From Fibrobacteria bacterium (GTDB taxonomy: Bacteria; Fibrobacterota; Fibrobacteria; UBA11236): DNA of 13,960 nucleotides. This document shows, one piece after another, positions 1 to 9,100 of the stretch; within the stretch, counting starts at the first letter, position 1; each line of letters begins with the position of its first letter. The stretch is taken from positions 1-13,960 of the forward strand of contig JBJHDK010000060.1 of NCBI GenBank assembly GCA_050486505.1, read 5' to 3'. Under the pieces are notes generated by a model. That model ran no database searches. It saw nothing but the letters and a program-made list of their open reading frames with translations, and was not told where the DNA came from. The position numbers and the translations under genes are program-made.

Positions 1-48
1 GCTCACGCCCTGATTCCGGCCCCCAAGCGAAAGGACGATGCGGGACAT
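1..48 (-). CDS. Possible 5' end of an unknown gene running off the window (MSRIVLSLGGRNQGVS...)
   Basis: The ATG at 48-46 overlaps the nitroreductase stop codon (TGATG coupling) and the frame is open to position 1. Only 16 codons are visible. Confidence 0.35.
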   Translation of the reverse strand, partial: MSRIVLSLGGRNQGVS

Positions 49-629
49 CACCCCCACTTCCCTTCGTGCACGATCTCCGCGAGCGCACGCCGCGGGCTGG
101 GAACCGCCTCGCGTTCCCGCAATTTCTCCGGCAATTCAGCGGGGTCTCCGGGCAATCCGATGGCGATCATCACCTCCGGTTTCCAGTCTTCGGGAACGTT
201 GAACAGCCCGATCGCGCGCTGCCTGTCGAAACCGCCCATCGCGTGAACGACGAGCCCGTTCAGCTGCCCCTGCAAAGCCAGGCTCATCCATGCCGCTCCT
301 GCGTCGAACGAATGAGCACCGACCGGCGTGCCGTCTTCTTTCCGCATGCGCGACGCCATAAGCACCAGATGCGACGCCTTGCCCGCCCAGGACGGGTTCG
401 CCCCCGTCAGCAAGTCCTTCGCCGCGTCGAATTCGGGAGTTCCACGCCGCACATGGATGAATTTCCACGGCTGCGCGTTCAGGCTCGAAGGCGCCCAGCG
501 AGCGGCCTCGAACAAGGTCATCAGCGATGCTTCGGGAAGGTTTTCGCCGGACATCGCCCGCAAGGACCGACGTTCAACAAACATTGGATGAACCGGGTAG
601 CCGGCGGTTCGTTCCTGCGTCTTTTCCAT
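48..629 (-). CDS. Nitroreductase family protein (FMN-dependent NAD(P)H oxidoreductase)
   Basis: Motifs RRSLRAM, EAARWAPSSLNAQPWKF, FDAGAAWMSLALQ, GLVVHAMGGF and IAIG. Start placed at MEKTQ (ATG at 629) because GGAGGA lies just upstream on the minus strand. Confidence 0.93.
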   Translation of the reverse strand: MEKTQERTAGYPVHPMFVERRSLRAMSGENLPEASLMTLFEAARWAPSSLNAQPWKFIHVRRGTPEFDAAKDLLTGANPSWAGKASHLVLMASRMRKEDGTPVGAHSFDAGAAWMSLALQGQLNGLVVHAMGGFDRQRAIGLFNVPEDWKPEVMIAIGLPGDPAELPEKLREREAVPSPRRALAEIVHEGKWG

Positions 630-937
630 GGCTGATCCTCCTGACCACAACATAATCAAAAAATCATCGTTTCAACGAATATCTGCCTTGGAACGCTTCT
701 TTATTGAAATTTGGGGGGTTTCCTTGGAAATGATCGGGTACCGTGGGGCGGTCTCGACGCACGCGCCCTCCCGGGCAGGTTCACGAGCGATTGCCGGTCA
801 TCCGCTTCGACCAGGTAGCCTCATCGCGCACCAGGTTTTCGCCGTCGTAAATCCCTTGCGGTGATTCAGTCGCCTCCAGGACTTAGGCACACGACTCCAT
901 GCAAATGCCCGCTCCGACAAGGCGACTTCATGGCGCA

Positions 938-2422
938 CTAGGTCTTTGCCGCTGTAAACCCCTTGCGCTTCATCTCGCCCCATCCCTGTTTCTTGCGCAT
1001 GAACTGCCACCAGCCGACCACGCGCCACCAGTTGTTGATCTGGCGATACCCGAAGTTCTCAATGACGGCGACGCCCACGAGGATGAGCAAATCGCGCGCG
1101 CGGGGAACGCGCCTGAGTTCCATTTCCTCGAGGATGAGCGAGGCCGTGCTGATGAAGACCCCGTAGAGGAAGACCAGCGCCGTGAAGGCCAGCATGAACT
1201 GGAAGCTGAGCATTCCCAGCAGCCAGAACACAGGGATCAACAGGTAGCCGAGCACCTCGACGATGGGGCCGATCACGTCGACCAGCAGGCTGAGCGGAAA
1301 GGCGACCATGCCGATGTTACCGTACTTGGGGTTGAAGGTCATGTCCTTGTGCTTGAAGAATCCCTCGAGCGCGCCCCGCTCCCAACGCTTGCGCTGGTTG
1401 CCGAGGATTCCCAGGGATTCGGGCGCTTCGGTCCAGCACACGGGCTCGGGCACGAAACGCATGGCGAAGTCGCGCTTCCGGTCGGAGAGGAACCGGTGCA
1501 TTTTCAGGATGATCTCGAGATCCTCCCCCACCGTGCCGTGGGAGAAGCCTCCCACCTCGAGCGCCACGTCGCGCCGAAAAATGCCGAAGGCTCCGGAGAT
1601 GATGGTCAGCGCTCCCCAGCGACTCAAGGCGAGGCGCGCCATGAGATACGCGCGGATGTACTCCATGGTCTGGACAAGGGGGAGGAAGCGCATCGGGAGC
1701 GCCACCTTGGTGACACGTCCGGCCTTGACTTCGCAACCGTTGACCACGCGGATGGTGCCACCCACGGCGACCACGCGCTCGGGATCCTCCATGAACGGGC
1801 GCGCCGCGCTCAGCAAGGCCTGCGCCTCGAGCAGGGAGTCCGCGTCCCCGACGCAGAACAAGGCGCTCCGCGAGAAGTTGATGCCGGCGTTGATGGCGTC
1901 GGCCTTGCCGCCGTTTTCCTTGTCGAGAACCACGAGACGCGGATAGAGGGGCGATCCGTAAACACCGCGGATGTGGGCGTGGGGGACGCGTTTCTCGTGC
2001 ACACGTGCGATCTTCTTCAGGGAAAACCCCTCGATCAACGCCTGCAAGGTCCCGTCCTTCGAGCCGTCGTTGACGACGATGACCTCGATCTCGGGGTACT
2101 CGAGCGTGAGCATGGAGCGCACGCTCTGCACGATCACAGCTTCTTCGTTATAGGCCGGAACCAGCAGGGAGATCGGGGGTGCCACTCCCGCTGCCGTGAG
2201 CATTTGCCACGCCGTCTCGGTGTCTCCGGCCTGCGAATGCTTGCGCAGCTCGAACCAGGCGGTGGGCAGCTGCAGGAAATAAACGAGGAGTTGCAACAGC
2301 CCTACCGAGACGATCATCCATGAAAGCGCCATCACCCAGATGGAGTACTCGGCCATGAATGCGGCAAGCGCGGGCACGAACCCTGTCAGGCTGCCACCGA
2401 GATCCGCAATGAAGCCGGTCAT
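938..2422 (-). CDS. Processive glycosyltransferase family 2 membrane synthase (PgaC/IcaA/cellulose-synthase superfamily)
   Basis: N-terminal TM segment; LLVPAYNE, VNDGSKD, GKADAIN, DAD (DxD), SGAFG.FRR, GEDLE (catalytic D) and QRKRW (QxxRW); several C-terminal TM helices; ends in WGEMKR with no PilZ domain. ATGA overlap with the upstream gene. Confidence 0.93.
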   Translation of the reverse strand: MTGFIADLGGSLTGFVPALAAFMAEYSIWVMALSWMIVSVGLLQLLVYFLQLPTAWFELRKHSQAGDTETAWQMLTAAGVAPPISLLVPAYNEEAVIVQSVRSMLTLEYPEIEVIVVNDGSKDGTLQALIEGFSLKKIARVHEKRVPHAHIRGVYGSPLYPRLVVLDKENGGKADAINAGINFSRSALFCVGDADSLLEAQALLSAARPFMEDPERVVAVGGTIRVVNGCEVKAGRVTKVALPMRFLPLVQTMEYIRAYLMARLALSRWGALTIISGAFGIFRRDVALEVGGFSHGTVGEDLEIILKMHRFLSDRKRDFAMRFVPEPVCWTEAPESLGILGNQRKRWERGALEGFFKHKDMTFNPKYGNIGMVAFPLSLLVDVIGPIVEVLGYLLIPVFWLLGMLSFQFMLAFTALVFLYGVFISTASLILEEMELRRVPRARDLLILVGVAVIENFGYRQINNWWRVVGWWQFMRKKQGWGEMKRKGFTAAKT

Positions 2423-3507
2423 GCGGGAACGCCCTCCATTTCCGCGAGCAGATCCCGGGCCATCTCGCCCTCGAGCCCCTCCGAAAGCGACTCTGCGCGC
2501 AACACGGCGATGCCTGGGGACCCCAAACGATAGAGCGCCTCGGCTGCACGGAACCGCGTTTCCCAGAAACGGTCGCGCAAACGCGCCGTGAGTTCCGGAA
2601 GAGCAGCCCGCAGTCCGAGCAAGCCCGCAGCCCTCGCGGCCGCCGCCCGAACCCGGTCCTCGGCATCTTCGAACCCCGCGCGCACGGCGGGCTCCGCGCG
2701 CGGATCTCCCACGCGCGCCAGCGATTCGAGCGCGCGCACGCGCAGTCCGGGAGCCGGATCACGCGCCAGTTCCAACAGGGGACCAAGGGCCGAAAGCGAT
2801 CCGATGTGTCCCAGCGCGCTGACGGTTGCGAGACGCACCGGAAGCACCGCGGTCTCCGATGTTCCAAGCTCCGCGAGCGATGGAACGGCAGGTTCGCCGA
2901 AACGGCGCAAAATGTCCGTCAGCATGGGAACGTTGGTTTCGCGCGCACTGGAAAGAGCTTCCACCACTGCGGGGAGTCGCGAAACATCTCCCCGGTCCGC
3001 GAGACCGCGCAATGCCGCCAACTGCACATAGACGGCACGCGACCGGATGCGGCCGAGGATCAGGTCGAGACTCCCGGGATCGCGATAACGTGCCAGCAGG
3101 GTCAGCACGCGAATCTGGCGATTGCGCCGCCCGGTCCGCAAGGCACGCGCAAGCCAGGGGCGCACCTTCCAGAGGTCGAGAAGCTTCAACAGCCGCTCGG
3201 CGTCCTTGCCGCGCGTCACGCGCAGGATGTTGAGCGATACGCTGAAGATCGCCGCCTCGTCTCCCGGCTCCAGCGCCGGGATCGAACGCGCGTCGGGCTC
3301 GCGGGGAGACGCCAGCAAGGCATGGATCCGCCGCGACCAAAGCGCCTTGCGCAGCTCCTTGCGCACGCGGGCACGCTCGTGGAACCAGCGTCGGACGACA
3401 AGCGAGAGCGCGATGACGATGGAAACCGTCGCCAGCACCAGCGCGACCTGCCAGACGACCTGGAGAAGGGCGTCAGAATCGACGAGAGATGCCGGTGTTG
3501 ACTGCAT
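2419..3507 (-). CDS. Membrane-anchored HEAT/PBS-lyase-like repeat protein (start uncertain: 3507, 3522 or 3543)
   Basis: One N-terminal TM helix (VVWQVALVLATVSIVIALSLVV) followed by an Arg-rich stretch, then repeats such as VRLATVSALGHIG, LRVRALESLARVG, VRAAAARAAGLLG and TRFRAAEALYRLG. Confidence 0.85.
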   Translation of the reverse strand: MQSTPASLVDSDALLQVVWQVALVLATVSIVIALSLVVRRWFHERARVRKELRKALWSRRIHALLASPREPDARSIPALEPGDEAAIFSVSLNILRVTRGKDAERLLKLLDLWKVRPWLARALRTGRRNRQIRVLTLLARYRDPGSLDLILGRIRSRAVYVQLAALRGLADRGDVSRLPAVVEALSSARETNVPMLTDILRRFGEPAVPSLAELGTSETAVLPVRLATVSALGHIGSLSALGPLLELARDPAPGLRVRALESLARVGDPRAEPAVRAGFEDAEDRVRAAAARAAGLLGLRAALPELTARLRDRFWETRFRAAEALYRLGSPGIAVLRAESLSEGLEGEMARDLLAEMEGVPA

Positions 3508-4648
3508 GGCGGATGTAGGCATTCTCCCGGTCGTCGCGGGCATAGCCGAGGTTGAGCGTCATGGTTTCCCCGAGATCAACGGCGGCGCCCAGAAACACCG
3601 TGCGGGTGGAGATGGTGATTTCGCGCACCGTCTCGGGCGCGTCGGCATACCCTGCATGCCAACGCAGCGCGCGATGCAAGGCGTCTCCGGGACCGTCGAT
3701 GCGCAGCGACCAACCGTGCAAGGCATCGCCGCCGATCTCCTGCACCCTGGCCACCCGCGCCATGAGACCCCAGCCCGCGCGCCAGTCGAGGCGCACGCCG
3801 GGCATCAACCCGAGGATTTCCACGCTGGAATACGCGTCATAACGCGCATTGAACAAAAGCCACACGGCGGGCATGCGCGGGTGTGTCGCGGCATCCCGCT
3901 CCAGGGCAAGATGGCCCGCCTCCCCTGCCAATTTCCAGTCGGGGCGAAAATCGGGGGTGAAGGTCTTTCCCGCCGCCGCGATCGCATAGGTCCGCGGCGT
4001 GAAGTTGCGGGATGCCCCGACTTCGAGCGCATGATCGGCAAGGCCAAACTGGTCGTGCCGATCGAAGCGCAGGTGCACCGAAGAAGGCCCGCTTTCGAAC
4101 AGCCGCGCCAACTGCACGAACTCATGATTCCAGTCGTCGCGCTCCTGGCGGGTGAAGGTGCTGTATTCAACCCCGGCATCGACGCGCCAACGCGGAGAAG
4201 GGGGGGCCTCCCGCGCGGCCAGGACCCTCTCCAGGGCCTCGCGCGCGTCCATGTTCTCCGCGTCGGACGCGACCAAGGCCCCGAACACGGCTTCGGCCGA
4301 CTCGAGACGCCCCTGATAATAAAGGAGGTACCCCATCGCCAGCCAGGCGTCGACGTTCTCCGGGTTCTCGAGCAGCAGCGCGTTCAACTCGGCCTCCGCC
4401 AACGCATGCCGTCCGTCCCACGAGAGGATGCGCGCGCGCAAAAGACGCGCCTCGGGATCACGCGGAGTTTCCGCGAGGACGGTGTCGATCCACGCAAGGG
4501 CGGCGTCGAATCGCGATGCAACGGCGTGCGTCCGGGCCGAATCGAGCGCGGCCTCGGCGGCATGCGGCGATGCCGAAAAAGCCGGAGCAGCCGTGCCCAG
4601 GAGCAGGCCGCAACCCGATGCCAGAAGAAGGCCGCGCATCCGGATCAT
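3473..4648 (-). CDS. TPR-containing YaiO-family-like outer-membrane beta-barrel protein (putative glycan export pore)
   Basis: Signal peptide-like N-terminus (..GLLLGTAAPAFSA); TPR helices (PRDPEARLLRARILSWDGRHALA, PENVDAWLAMGYLLYYQGRLESA); alternating amphipathic beta-strands; C-terminal Phe (GISRRF), typical of BAM substrates. The YaiO assignment rests on architecture and gene context. Confidence 0.8.
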   Translation of the reverse strand: MIRMRGLLLASGCGLLLGTAAPAFSASPHAAEAALDSARTHAVASRFDAALAWIDTVLAETPRDPEARLLRARILSWDGRHALAEAELNALLLENPENVDAWLAMGYLLYYQGRLESAEAVFGALVASDAENMDAREALERVLAAREAPPSPRWRVDAGVEYSTFTRQERDDWNHEFVQLARLFESGPSSVHLRFDRHDQFGLADHALEVGASRNFTPRTYAIAAAGKTFTPDFRPDWKLAGEAGHLALERDAATHPRMPAVWLLFNARYDAYSSVEILGLMPGVRLDWRAGWGLMARVARVQEIGGDALHGWSLRIDGPGDALHRALRWHAGYADAPETVREITISTRTVFLGAAVDLGETMTLNLGYARDDRENAYIRHAVNTGISRRF

Positions 4649-5763
4649 GCGTTCTCCAGCCCGAGCAGGCGCATGCCGCGCGCAAGTACCTCCTCCGGAA
4701 GGAAGGGCTTGATCACGTAGTCCGCCACGCCGAGCCTGAACCCCTCGAGAATGTCGCGCTCCTGCCGCAGCGCGGTGAGGAACATCACGGGAATGGATTT
4801 CGTGGCGGCATTCGCCCGCAACTGTTGAAGCACCGCGACGCCGTCGAGCCCGGGCATCATGCGATCAAGCACGGCAAGTTGCGGTTTGTATTCGACGGCG
4901 AGGCGCAGCGCCTCCTCGCCGTCCGCGGCGAGTTGCACGCGCACTCCGGCCATACGGAACTTGTAGGCAAGCAGTTCCCTGATGGCGGGATCGTCGTCGG
5001 CGATCAACACCGTCTTGCCGGAACGGCTCAGCAACGTGCGCACCTTCTCCGCCAGTTCCTGCGGCTTGAACGGCTTCACGATGTAGTCTGACGCTCCTGC
5101 CGAAAGCGCCTTGAGGACATCTTCGGAACGGGTTTTCGCCGTCAGCATGATCACGGGGATGTCCGCGTTCCCCTCGTCGGCCTGCAAGGCCTCCAGCATT
5201 TCGAGCCCCGACATTTTCGGCATCGCTTCATCGAGCAGGATAAGCTGCGGCCGCTGCTCGCGGACAAGGCGCAGGGCTTCCCTGCCGTCCCCGGCGGTCA
5301 CCACAGTAAAGTCCTTCCCGAACAGGGCGGTCAGCGTCTCGCGGACCACCGGATCATCATCGGCCGCCAGGATGACGGGTTTCGCGATGCCGGCTTCGGG
5401 AAGCTGCATCCGGGCGGCTGGGTCATCCGATTCGCGCTCGACCATCAGCAAGGCTTGCGCGCAGGCGTGGTCAAGCGATTCCACCAAGGGAACCAGCGTC
5501 TCGGCGGAGACCGCGTCGGCCCGCTCCGGAGCAAGGGCCTCCTCAAGCGCGCGCGCCGACTGCGTGATCAGGGGAAACCCGTAGGTGGTTCCCGAACCCG
5601 CCAGCTTGTGGGCAAGGCCGTGCATCAGTTCCGCCTCGCCCGCCGGAAGCTTCCCTGTGCGGCAATGCTTCAGAAACTCCGTCACGGAGGCGGCGCGCTC
5701 GCGCAATTGCGCGAGATACATGCCCCGCAGGGGCTTGAGCAAATCGTCAGGCGTTTGCGTCAT
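4645..5763 (-). CDS. Hpt-REC-REC phosphorelay protein with no output domain
   Basis: Hpt motif AHKLAGSGTTYG; REC1 (ADDDP..LLDEAMP..LTAK..KPF); REC2 (ADDDP..VLDRMMP..FLTA..KPF). The protein ends right after REC2. Start placed at MTQTP (5763). Confidence 0.9.
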   Translation of the reverse strand: MTQTPDDLLKPLRGMYLAQLRERAASVTEFLKHCRTGKLPAGEAELMHGLAHKLAGSGTTYGFPLITQSARALEEALAPERADAVSAETLVPLVESLDHACAQALLMVERESDDPAARMQLPEAGIAKPVILAADDDPVVRETLTALFGKDFTVVTAGDGREALRLVREQRPQLILLDEAMPKMSGLEMLEALQADEGNADIPVIMLTAKTRSEDVLKALSAGASDYIVKPFKPQELAEKVRTLLSRSGKTVLIADDDPAIRELLAYKFRMAGVRVQLAADGEEALRLAVEYKPQLAVLDRMMPGLDGVAVLQQLRANAATKSIPVMFLTALRQERDILEGFRLGVADYVIKPFLPEEVLARGMRLLGLENA

Positions 5764-6151
5764 GATGTTTTTTCCACAGTTCGCGGACCTGGTCCGCAAG
5801 GATCATGGGATCAAAGGGCTTGGGGATCACGCCGATGGCGCCGAGGTCGAGCAATTCCTGAAGTTCCGCGGGCTGGGCCTTCGCGGTCATGAATGCCACC
5901 GGAACCGAGGCCACGGCCTGATCCCCGCTCGCCCGCAGGATCCTCAGCGTGGCGGGCCCGTCCTGCAGGGGCATCATCACGTCGAGAAGCACGAGATCGG
6001 GACGAACCGTGCGGACGCATTCCGGTGCATCGCCGCTGCCGTTGCAGGTCGCGACCTCGAACCCTCCGACGGCTTCGAGCGCCAGCTTGGCGACCTGCAG
6101 GATGTCTTCTTCGTCGTCGACGCAAAGGATGCGGTTCAGGGGGGGGCTCAT
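5747..6151 (-). CDS. Single-domain CheY-like response regulator
   Basis: VDDEED, LLDVMMP, FMTAK and IPKPF are all present. GGAGGA SD upstream and ATGA overlap with the kinase stop. Confidence 0.93.
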   Translation of the reverse strand: MSPPLNRILCVDDEEDILQVAKLALEAVGGFEVATCNGSGDAPECVRTVRPDLVLLDVMMPLQDGPATLRILRASGDQAVASVPVAFMTAKAQPAELQELLDLGAIGVIPKPFDPMILADQVRELWKKHHDANA

Positions 6152-9100
6152 GCGCGGTCCTCCGTCCCCTTGGGGGACGCTTCGGGGTTGGTTGCAGCCG
6201 CATCCGCGGCATCCGGGGAATGCTTGCGGATCAGGTTCCGGATGGTCTCGACGATGCGCTCTTCGGAAAGGCGCGATTTTACCAGCGCCTTCTCGACCTG
6301 CGCCCGCACGCCGTTGTCGGTTTCGCTCGCGGACAGGATGAGAACGGGAACCGAGGTTCCCGCAAGTTCGTTCAGGTGTTTCAGAAGCTCCAGCCCCGAA
6401 CCGTCGGGGAGATCGAGATCGAGGACGACGAGGTCGAAACGCTCGGTGCGCAGGCGTTCTTCCGCTTCATGCAAGGTCGAAACCCCCACCCAATCCGCGC
6501 TATCCTTCAGCGAGCTTCCCAGGATCACCCGCAGGTCGGAATCATCCTCGACATGCAACACGCGCGGTCTCCCCTTCGTGCGGGGGGCTCCCACGGTCCG
6601 CCGCAGGGAGCGCACGAGAACCCCCTCGTCGATGGGCTTCGTGATCCAGTCCACCAACCCGATCACGTCTCCCTTCAGGGAGGCGCGCCCTTCGTCGGAA
6701 CGCGCGGAAACCACGACCACCGGCAGATTTTCGGTCTCCGGATACATGCGCATCTCCTTGAGGAGATCAAGGCCGCTCCCGTCGGGGAGCGTCAGATCAA
6801 GCGTCATTGCCGTGTAGGAACCGGTCGTCAGCTTCTTCCGCGTTTCGGCCAATGTGTTGGCGACCTCGGCCTCGAAGCCGGCACGCTCAAGCAGCAGGCG
6901 TAGCAACGCGGCAACGTCGGCATCATCCTCACAGATGAGGATGCGTGGTGATGCCGACGACGGGTTGCGTGCAACATCGGGACGGGTCGCCGCCATTCCG
7001 TCGGCGACCGGGACTGCCCCGATCGGCAGATCGACATGAAACACCGTGCCCTTTCCCGTCTCCGTCTCGAAGGAAATGGAGCCGCGCATGGCTTCCACCA
7101 GTTGCTTGGTGATGTTGAGTCCGAGTCCGGTCCCCTCGTAGCGCCGCGAGTCCGCGCCTTCCGCCTGTGAGAACTTGTCGAACAGCCTCGGCCTGAACTC
7201 CTCGGGGATTCCGGGGCCGTCGTCCTCAACGGAAATTCGCAGCATGTGGTCACGGCGTTCCGCCCGCACCCGCACCTCGGATCCTTCGGGAGAAAATTTC
7301 GCCGCGTTGGATAGCAGATTGGTGATGACCTGCGTCAGGCGTTCGGGATCCGCGGTCACCCAGACATCCTCGGGAGCAGTGCTCAAGACGAAACGAATAC
7401 CGTGCTTGTCGGCATACGGCCTGTTCACTTCCACGACTTGGGTGAGAAACTCCCCTGTTTCAAGCGGCCGGGGATACAGCGTGAGCCTGCCCGACTCGAT
7501 CTTGTCGATGTCGAGGATGTCGTTGATGATATGCACCAGCCGCTCGCTGTTGCGGTGCGCGATCTTGACCAGCTCTTCCGCCTTCTCGGGGAGCTTGCCC
7601 GTCGCGCCGCCCGCCACCAGGCCCAACGCGCCGCGGATGGAAGTGAGCGGCGTGCGCAGTTCATGACTGACCGTGGAGATGAACTCCTTCTTCAGGCGTT
7701 CGTTGGCCTTGAGCTCGCTGATGTCGCGCGCCAGCGCGACGCTGCCGATCACATTCTCCCGCGAGTCGCGCATCAGCGAAACCGTCATGGCCACGGACAC
7801 GGCCTTGCCGTCGGGGCGCATGAGAGTCCATTCCTGCCCGTAGGCGGAGTCCTCGGGCAACGGCAATGTGAACAGCTCAACGCCCTCCGGTGGCCGTCCG
7901 TATTTCTCCACCAGCTTGCGGGTGCGCGCCTCCACTTCTTCCGGCAGCAGCGCCTGCATCAAATTAACGGCGTCTTGCCCCACGACCTGCAAAGACTCCA
8001 GTCCCAGCAACTTCTCCGCGGATCGATTGAACACCGAAATCTTCCCCGAAGCATCCGCAGCGAAGATGGCGAACTCGGTTCCATTGATGACGGCTTTGAA
8101 CAATGCGTTCGACTCCGACAACTCCCGCTCCATCCGGCGACGTTCGGTGATGTCGTTGAGAATGGCCATGTACCCGTAAAACGTCCCGTCTTTGCCATGC
8201 ATCGGAGAAACCGTGACGGAGGCCGGGAACCGTTGTCCGTTTTCACGGATCAAGGTCCATACGCGATCGGAGCCGGTGCCGGTGAGCGGCAAGGTGAACA
8301 GTTCCACACCGCGCACCGGACGACCGTGTTTCTCCGAAAGGCCCTGACGCCGCCTCTCCAGTTCCTCCTCGTCGTGAATGCAGGCCAGCACTTCGGCCGC
8401 CTTCCGGCCCACGAGGTTCTCCGCCTTGTGTCCCAGCATCTCCTCTGCAGCGGGATTAAACAACCGGACGACCCCGTTTTGGTCGGTGGAGAGAATCCCG
8501 TAACTGCCGCTGTTCACAAGCGCCTGCATGTGGGCATGCTGCTCGCGCAATTGCTTTTCGGCACGCAGACGTCGACTGCGACTGCGCCCCGCCAACCATA
8601 GCGAGAACAGCCAGGCGGCATAGAAGACCCCCACGACGATGTACAGGAGAAGACTGTTGGCGCGAAGATTTTTCGCCTCGATCTCTTGGCGCCCGGCAAG
8701 AAGAAGGTTCTCGTGCGCCAGCATTTCCGCGACCAGTCCACGCGTCGCATCCATGACGCGCTTGCCCTCGCCGCCCAACACCACCTCGATGGCGGGGCCC
8801 TCGCCTTGTTCACGGCGCACCTGGATCACGTTCTCCGCGACCCGAACGCGCTCACGGATCAACGCACCCAGCGAATCCACATTGCGGGCCTGCACGGGAT
8901 CCGACACCATTTCCTGCAACTGCGCGTAAACATCCCACAGCGTCAAGGCGGCTTCCGCCCGCGGGAGTTCGCTCTCTTCGCCCGTGTTCCCATGCAACGC
9001 TTGCTGGTAGGGCGTCAGGTAAGCGGCGTCACCGGAGAGCACGAACCCGCGCTGCCCCAGCTCGATGTCCTTGATCCGACCGAACACCCTCTGGATCTGC

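Noticed and set aside
899..917. Sigma-54-like -24/-12 motif on the minus strand (cGGagcgggcatttGCat)
   Set aside because: The GG-to-GC spacing is 11 nt rather than the required 10, and the -24 element is a poor match.
899..8601. Long plus-strand ORFs (899-2323, 3122-4720, 5585-6817, 7402-8601 and others)
   Set aside because: These are antisense shadows of well-supported minus-strand genes in high-GC DNA and show no recognisable motifs.
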